DNA of 64,000 nucleotides, from assembly GCA_030666865.1 (NCBI GenBank), contig DAOUWZ010000001.1:44753-108752 (forward strand), in the 5' to 3' direction. Position 1 is the first letter of the stretch; each line of letters starts with the position of its first letter. Positions 58,330-64,000 of the stretch are shown piece by piece. The notes under the pieces were generated by a model. It did no database searches. It was not told the DNA's origin and saw only the letters and a program-made list of their open reading frames with translations. A program made the translations under genes and the position numbers. This DNA comes from a bacterium. GTDB taxonomy: Bacteria; Patescibacteriota; Patescibacteriia; S139-126.

Positions 58330-59544
58330 CTATTTGATTTTTACAAATTTGCGTTTTCCTACTTGAATAATATCACCTGATTTAATGCTAACTTCGGTAA
58401 GTTTCATATCCCATTGCTTAAATTTTTTATTATTAATCTTAACAGCCCCGCTTTTTATATGTTCCTTAGCTTTATTTTTTGATTCAACTAAATTAAATTC
58501 CACCAACAAATCATACAAAAACCACTCAGCTGCTTTTTTGGGCAAAGCAACCTCTTTAATATTATCAGGCAGGGCTTTATCTTTGAAAACTTTGTTAAAT
58601 TCTTGCATAGCTTTATCAGCTTCATTTTGAGAATGATACATAGCTACAATCGCCTTACCTAATTCTACTTTTAAATCACGCGGATTCTTTCCTTGATCAA
58701 GCTCCTGCTTAACTCGGTCGAGATCTTCAGTTTTATATCTAGCAGCTAGTTCAAAATATGATAACAACAGCTTGTCGGGAATAGACATAATTTTCCCAAA
58801 CTGTTCACTTGGACTTTCGTCTAACCCAATATAATTTCCCAACGATTGACTCATTTTCATTTTTCCATCAGTGCCCACTAAAAGCGGTACTGTCACAATG
58901 TCCTGCGGTAGCCGTCCAGCAGACTCTTGCAAACCCCGAGCTTGCAGTTCGTTAAATTTTTGATCCGTACCTATTACAGTTAAATCAGATTCTAGCTCAA
59001 CTGAATCCCAACCTTGCAACATTGGATAAATTGGCTCGTGAAAATATATCTCTTTTTCATTTTTAATTCTAGTTTGGAACATATCACGCTCTAACATTCG
59101 AGCTACTGTAAACCTAGAAATCAATTTTAAACCATCCTCAAAAGACCATTTATCATACCATTCACTATTGTCTCTAATCTCTATTTTATCAACATCCAAA
59201 ACTCTTGCTAGTTGTTTAAGATAATTTTTTGATTTATCCTTAACTTCTTTTTTGTTTTTCATTTCTCTAGATTTATCCTTATCAGTCGGATCACCAAATC
59301 TACCAGTAAAACCGCCAATCAAAAAAATTATCTTATGCCCAAGTTCTTGAAATTCTCGAAGTTTATGATATACTACCCCGTAACCTAAATGTAAATCTTT
59401 AGAAGTAGGATCGACCCCATGTTTAACCCTTAACACTTTTCCGGAAATTAATTTTTTTTCTAAATCGGATTTTACCAAAACTTCATCCACTCCTAAAGTA
59501 AGTAATTCTCGTATTCTCTTTTTATTTGTTATAACTTTAGCCAT
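58330..59544 (-). CDS. tyrS: Tyrosyl-tRNA synthetase
   Basis: HIGH-like DPTSKDLHLGYG; KMSKS-like KMKMSQS; C-terminal S4 domain. Confidence 0.7.
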   Translation of the reverse strand: MAKVITNKKRIRELLTLGVDEVLVKSDLEKKLISGKVLRVKHGVDPTSKDLHLGYGVVYHKLREFQELGHKIIFLIGGFTGRFGDPTDKDKSREMKNKKEVKDKSKNYLKQLARVLDVDKIEIRDNSEWYDKWSFEDGLKLISRFTVARMLERDMFQTRIKNEKEIYFHEPIYPMLQGWDSVELESDLTVIGTDQKFNELQARGLQESAGRLPQDIVTVPLLVGTDGKMKMSQSLGNYIGLDESPSEQFGKIMSIPDKLLLSYFELAARYKTEDLDRVKQELDQGKNPRDLKVELGKAIVAMYHSQNEADKAMQEFNKVFKDKALPDNIKEVALPKKAAEWFLYDLLVEFNLVESKNKAKEHIKSGAVKINNKKFKQWDMKLTEVSIKSGDIIQVGKRKFVKIK

Positions 59545-59671
59545 AGTTATTATTTGGGTTACGTGTTAGATATTACATGTTATAATTATTATACAGAATT
59601 ATCAACTAAATAAAAAGTAAAAAAACTTAAAAAAATTCACATATTAATAACAGTTTGTTCAAATTAATCCT

Positions 59672-62242
59672 ATGGGTACAAGCAAAAACTATAAACAAGT
59701 GCACTCACCTAAATATTGGCAAAAAAAGAGTGGGTCAAAAAGAAAAAATCGCAAGTCAAATAAAAATATATCCAAACAAAAAATAATAAAATTTGGTATT
59801 TATTCTTTTGTTAGTTTAATCTTGTTTGGTCTTATTTTTGTATCCATTCTATTTGTTTGGATATCAAAAGATTTGCCTGAACCAGGAAAATTGCAAAAAA
59901 GACTATTAGCGGAAACTACAAAAATATACGATCGAACTGGAGAACACCTGCTTTATGAAATTCATGGAGATCAAAAAAGAACCCTTATTAAGCTAGAGGA
60001 GATACCAGATCACACCAAATTTGCATTTATTGCCCTTGAAGATAAAAACTTTTGGCAACACAAAGGGCTCTCCTTGAAACATATTTTTAAGGCTGTGATT
60101 TTTTACAGTTTTAAAAAAATAGGTTTGTATAGGGGGTTGGTGCCTGGCGGCTCAACCTTAACCCAGCAATTTGTAAAAAACTCAATTTTAACTCGTGAAA
60201 AAACTTTAGCCAGAAAACTAAAAGAGTGGATTTTAGCTTATCAAATAGAAAAAAAATTCACCAAGGAACAAATCCTTGAATTATATTTCAACGAAATACC
60301 GTTTGGCTCAACCGCTTATGGAATAGAATCGGCTGCCCAAACATATTTAGCAAAATCTGCAAAAGACCTTACTTTGGCAGAAAGCGCCATCTTAGCCGCT
60401 ATGATTCAAGCGCCAACCTATTATTCACCTTACGGTAATCACACTGATGAACTTTACAATCGTCAAAAATTTGTTTTGTCAGAAATGGTTGATATGGGAT
60501 TTGTATCCGAACAAGAAGTTGAGGAAGCAAAAAAACAAAATATTAAATTTGAAAGATCTATTTCTAATATCAAGGCTCCGCACTTTGTTTTGTACGTTAA
60601 AGAACAATTAACTGAAAAATTCGGCGAACGTTTAGTTGAACAAGGTGGACTTAAAGTTTTCACCTCTCTTGATATTTACAAACAGAATATTGCTGAAGAG
60701 ACTATTAATAAATTTGCTGAAGGGAATCAAAAAAATTGGGAGGCTAGCAATGCCGCTCTGGTTTCTCTTGATCCTAAAACAGGGGAAATTTTAGCTATGG
60801 TTGGTTCTAAAGATTTTTTTAATGAAGAAATTGACGGACAAGTAAATATCGCCTTAAGAGCCAGACAACCAGGATCTTCTTTTAAACCAATAGTTTACAC
60901 CGCCGCCTGGCAACAAGGCTATTTTCCTGAAACTGTTATTTTTGACGTTGTAACAAAATTTAAAACTGAAACAGGTAAGGATTATGAACCTCACAATTAT
61001 GACTATGAAGAACATGGTCCAGTATCACTAAAAAAAGCCCTGCAAGGATCTTTAAACATCTCTGCTGTTAAAACTATTTATTTAGCTGGAGTTAGTAATG
61101 TTTTAGATTTAGCTGAAAAACTAGGTTACACCACTTTGTCTGACAGATCACGCTTTGGTTTGTCGCTTGTTTTAGGTGGTGGCGAAATAAAATTATTAGA
61201 ACATGTAGCTGCTTTTGGGGTTATTGCCAGAGAAGGAATAAAACAAGAACCAATATCAATACTTAAAATAGAAGATGCAAGTGGTAATATTTTAGATGAA
61301 GTAAAAATAAAAAAAGGTGACAGAGTGATGAATGAACAAATTGCTCGTATTACCAATTATATACTATCTGATGATAATGCTAGATCGTATGTATTTGGTA
61401 CAAGAAGCTTGCTTACTCTACCAAATAGATCTGTTGCTTCAAAAACCGGTACTACCAACAACTACCGCGATGCATGGACAATAGGTTATACCCCGTCGTT
61501 AGTAACTGGTGTTTGGGTGGGTAATAACAATAATTCAGAAATGAAAAAAGGCGCTTCTGGTTATCAAGTGGCTGCTCCAATTTGGCACGAATATATGTCT
61601 TTGGTTTTAGGCGACACACCACCTGAGGAATTCAAAAAACCTAAATATGAATTACCTGAAAAATCAATGCTCGGCGGTTCTATTGGAAAAGAAACAATAG
61701 TAACAATAGACAAGTCAAGCGGTCTATTAGCTAGTGAATACACCCCTGAACACTTAAAAGAAAACAAAACATATCGTGAGTTACATAATATTCTTTATTT
61801 TATCAATAAAAATAATTTATCTGATCCTGAACCTGGTTATGCTTCAAACGATATACAATTTGAAAGTTGGGAACAAGCAGTTGTGACTTGGGCGATTGAT
61901 CAGGAAATTGATATAAATGAAGAACCACCAAAAGAATTTGACAACATTCATATTTTAAAAAATAAACCATTTTTAGCTATTTTAGAACCGTGGCCTGATA
62001 GTAAAATAGACAAGTCTTTCAATGTTAGAATTGAATGGGAGGCTTTATTACCTATTAAAAAAATAGAATATTATGTTGATGATGTTTTATTGGTTACAAA
62101 AAAAAATAACTTTACCAACCAAATAAATCAACTATTAATTTTGCCAAACACCTTTTTAAAAGGAGATCATTATTTAAAAATTGTTATTTATGACGAAGAA
62201 GAAAATTCAAATCTAGCTTGGCATAAAATAATACTAAAATAA
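59672..62242 (+). CDS. Penicillin-binding protein 1A family (bifunctional transglycosylase/transpeptidase)
   Basis: GT51 motif ALEDKNFWQHKG; transpeptidase SxxK (GSSFKP), SxN and KTG(T) motifs; N-terminal TM anchor. Confidence 0.85.
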   Translation: MGTSKNYKQVHSPKYWQKKSGSKRKNRKSNKNISKQKIIKFGIYSFVSLILFGLIFVSILFVWISKDLPEPGKLQKRLLAETTKIYDRTGEHLLYEIHGDQKRTLIKLEEIPDHTKFAFIALEDKNFWQHKGLSLKHIFKAVIFYSFKKIGLYRGLVPGGSTLTQQFVKNSILTREKTLARKLKEWILAYQIEKKFTKEQILELYFNEIPFGSTAYGIESAAQTYLAKSAKDLTLAESAILAAMIQAPTYYSPYGNHTDELYNRQKFVLSEMVDMGFVSEQEVEEAKKQNIKFERSISNIKAPHFVLYVKEQLTEKFGERLVEQGGLKVFTSLDIYKQNIAEETINKFAEGNQKNWEASNAALVSLDPKTGEILAMVGSKDFFNEEIDGQVNIALRARQPGSSFKPIVYTAAWQQGYFPETVIFDVVTKFKTETGKDYEPHNYDYEEHGPVSLKKALQGSLNISAVKTIYLAGVSNVLDLAEKLGYTTLSDRSRFGLSLVLGGGEIKLLEHVAAFGVIAREGIKQEPISILKIEDASGNILDEVKIKKGDRVMNEQIARITNYILSDDNARSYVFGTRSLLTLPNRSVASKTGTTNNYRDAWTIGYTPSLVTGVWVGNNNNSEMKKGASGYQVAAPIWHEYMSLVLGDTPPEEFKKPKYELPEKSMLGGSIGKETIVTIDKSSGLLASEYTPEHLKENKTYRELHNILYFINKNNLSDPEPGYASNDIQFESWEQAVVTWAIDQEIDINEEPPKEFDNIHILKNKPFLAILEPWPDSKIDKSFNVRIEWEALLPIKKIEYYVDDVLLVTKKNNFTNQINQLLILPNTFLKGDHYLKIVIYDEEENSNLAWHKIILK

Positions 62243-62243
62243 A

Positions 62244-62285
62244 ATATCAAAAAAACAGAATTTTCAATCTCTGTTTTTTTGATAT
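62244..62285. terminator. Bidirectional terminator between PBP1A and dnaN
   Basis: ATATCAAAAAAACAGA-ATTTTCAATC-TCTGTTTTTTTGATAT. Confidence 0.65.
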
Positions 62286-62291
62286 AAAAAT

Positions 62292-63392
62292 TTATTGCTT
62301 AATAGGCATTATTATATACAAATAATCATCCTTATTTTTAGCTTTAACAACTCCTGGCAGGGCTTTGTTGTTTAAATTAAATTCAATCTCTTCACCCTCT
62401 ACAATATTTAAAACATCTAAAATATAATGATAATTAAAAATTATATCATTCTGATCCCCTTTCACAATCGCCTCTATAATATTTTGGCTTTCTCCTAATT
62501 GATCATTAACAGCTTTTACCTCTATTTTATCTTTTAATACAATAAGATGAATATCGTTAATTCCTTGCCTGCAAAACAAACTTGCTGCTTTAATAATTTG
62601 TTGAAAATCATTTCTTTTTACTATTGTTTTGGTTTTGGTTTCTGTAGGAATTACTTGTTTATAATCAGGATATTCTCCTTCCGTTATACGTGACACCATC
62701 CTTGTTGAATCCACTTCAAATAAAATCTGGTTATCATTTAAACTTATTGTTAACTCACCTTCATCTTCCATGTCGCTCAAAACCCTGTTTAACTCCTGTA
62801 AACTAAATGATGGTATAATCACTTTTTTTTCAAATCCTTTGTTTATTATTTCCACTTTCTTTTCTGCTAGTCTGTAACTATCAGTGGCTACTAAAGTTAA
62901 TCCATCTTCTTGAAAATCAAAAAGAACTCCACTTATTTCTGGTCTGGTGGTGTCCATTGCGGTTGCAAATAAAACAGAAGAAAGTGATTTTTTCATTATT
63001 TTTTTCATCACCTTAATTGTATTTTTCTTTTCAATTTCTGGTATTAAAGGGAATTCTGAAGCATCTAAACCCTTTATAACCGTTTGGGAATTTTTTGTTG
63101 TTATAGAAAGATTTTTTTCATCCCATTTTAATTCAATGTTTTCGTTTCTTAAACTTTGAATATAATCATTAAAAAGCTTTGCTGGAACCGTAAAAACACC
63201 CTCTTGTTCCATTTTACCTCTCACAGTACTTTTTATTCCTATTTCTAAATTTGTGGTTGCTAAAAATAAAATTCCGTTTTTAACTTCTATAAGAACGTTA
63301 TTTAAAACTGGTAAGTTTTTGTTTTTTCCTGCTAGGTGACTTACTAAATTTAATCCCTTTTTTAAATTTTCTTGGGTACATGTAAATTTCAT
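62292..63392 (-). CDS. dnaN: DNA polymerase III beta sliding clamp
   Basis: MKFTCTQENLKKGLNLVSHLAGKNKNLPVLNNVLIEV N-terminus; three-domain length (366 aa). Confidence 0.85.
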   Translation of the reverse strand: MKFTCTQENLKKGLNLVSHLAGKNKNLPVLNNVLIEVKNGILFLATTNLEIGIKSTVRGKMEQEGVFTVPAKLFNDYIQSLRNENIELKWDEKNLSITTKNSQTVIKGLDASEFPLIPEIEKKNTIKVMKKIMKKSLSSVLFATAMDTTRPEISGVLFDFQEDGLTLVATDSYRLAEKKVEIINKGFEKKVIIPSFSLQELNRVLSDMEDEGELTISLNDNQILFEVDSTRMVSRITEGEYPDYKQVIPTETKTKTIVKRNDFQQIIKAASLFCRQGINDIHLIVLKDKIEVKAVNDQLGESQNIIEAIVKGDQNDIIFNYHYILDVLNIVEGEEIEFNLNNKALPGVVKAKNKDDYLYIIMPIKQ

Positions 63393-63660
63393 ACTTTTAT
63401 AATATTATATTTATATATTAAATATTAATAATAGTAATAGTGATGTGAATTGTGTTAAGAAGTTGTTTTTTTAACTAAGGTTGGTCTAAATTTAGTTAAC
63501 AGCTCTTATTATAAAACAATGAAAAAGGTGTTAACAAATATTGTTTATTGTTTATTGTTTATTTGTTAATATTTTTTAAACAGTTTTTTGCACACAATTA
63601 TTGTTAGTTTTAAAAATTTTTTAAACAGCTTTTTACAAAGCTTATAAACAATTTTTTAAA
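63393..63660. other. AT-rich dnaA-dnaN intergenic region with short tandem/direct repeats (oriC candidate)
   Basis: 3x TTGTTTAT tandem; 2x TTTTTAAACAG(C/T)TTTTT 50 nt apart; about 85% AT. No canonical TTATCCACA boxes seen. Confidence 0.3.
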
Positions 63661-64000
63661 TTAACTTGAATTATATATTTTTTCTTTTATTAAATTTATA
63701 TCTCTAGAAATTTTTTCATCCTTATCAATCTCTAAATTAATTTTATTACAAGCGTGCATAGCAGTAGTATGATCTCTACCACCTAGCTCGTTGCCAATAT
63801 TCGGATAAGAGGCGTTCAATTCTTCTCTCATTAAATACATTACTATCTGTCTAGGAACCACAAGCTCTTTTTTTCTACTATTTCCAGTCAAACCATCTAT
63901 GGTAATGTCAAAATATTCCGAAACGGTTTGAATGAGTTTTTTTGGTGTAATATGTGCTTTTTTTGAACTAGTTGATACAGAAGATATAATATTTTTTATA
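63661..64000 (-). CDS. dnaA: Chromosomal replication initiator DnaA (C-terminal part; 5' end outside window)
   Basis: ...EYFDITIDGLTGNSRKKELVVPRQIVMYLMREELNASYPNIGNELGGRDHTTAMHACNKI matches DnaA domain IV. The reading frame continues open past position 64000. Confidence 0.8.
   Translation of the reverse strand, partial: IKNIISSVSTSSKKAHITPKKLIQTVSEYFDITIDGLTGNSRKKELVVPRQIVMYLMREELNASYPNIGNELGGRDHTTAMHACNKINLEIDKDEKISRDINLIKEKIYNSS

Noticed and set aside
63393-63660. Canonical DnaA boxes (TTATCCACA / TGTGGATAA)
   Set aside because: None found by eye in the dnaA-dnaN spacer. The region is reported only as an AT-rich repeat-containing oriC candidate.
1-64000. Alternative genetic code (UGA recoding, as in some CPR lineages)
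   Set aside because: Long housekeeping ORFs (gyrA, nrdD, hppA, PBP1A) are intact under the standard code and terminate at sensible positions, so recoding is not needed.

Overview
This window reads as a compact, AT-rich (about 30% GC) stretch of a small bacterial chromosome. Genes sit on both strands with short spacers, long ORFs are intact under the standard genetic code, and many proteins carry Lys-rich tails. Gene content and style are reminiscent of CPR/Patescibacteria-type genomes; this taxonomic guess is inference only.

Housekeeping genes are clear: polA C-terminal fragment, gyrA, rpsA, nrdD-nrdG (class III anaerobic ribonucleotide reductase), galU, a membrane H+/Na+ pyrophosphatase, nusA, tsaE-tsaD, hsp20, tig, yebC-ruvC, nfo, tyrS, a PBP1A-type murein synthase, and dnaN plus the dnaA 3' end at the right edge.

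Accessory content:
- A cell-envelope glycosylation locus: Wzx-like flippase, O-antigen-ligase-like, DUF2079, GT-C-like, polyprenyl-phosphate-mannose synthase, two tandem paralogous sulfatase/LtaS-like proteins, and a methyltransferase.
- An unusual alpha-glucan locus: two glgA paralogs bracketing a GH57 enzyme and three APH-fold kinase domains, followed by a GalT-family nucleotidyltransferase.
- Six tandem paralogous small double-TM genes sharing a GGFxWMTAGGNEE..KA+KI motif, probably type IV secretion (TrbC/VirB2-like) pilins. Two of them carry cysteine-rich C-terminal extensions.
- Four tRNA genes: Ser-CGA, Glu-UUC, Gly-GCC and Leu-UAA.

Most unusual features:
1. Three GC-rich structured elements that start exactly like a tRNA and then continue into perfect non-tRNA hairpins. 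Two of them sit immediately 5' of a small GIY-YIG nuclease gene that is followed within 7-14 nt by a complete tRNA; the third sits upstream of tRNA-Gly with no nuclease gene. Read 5'->3', modules 1 and 2 are tRNA-like leader, then GIY-YIG gene, then tRNA.
2. A probable cobalamin riboswitch with its own terminator upstream of nrdDG.
3. Several families of GC-rich perfect palindromes scattered through AT-rich spacers, and one inside the nfo coding sequence.
4. A 70-nt direct repeat flanking the first pilin-like gene.

No CRISPR array, rRNA, transposase or integrase was found.
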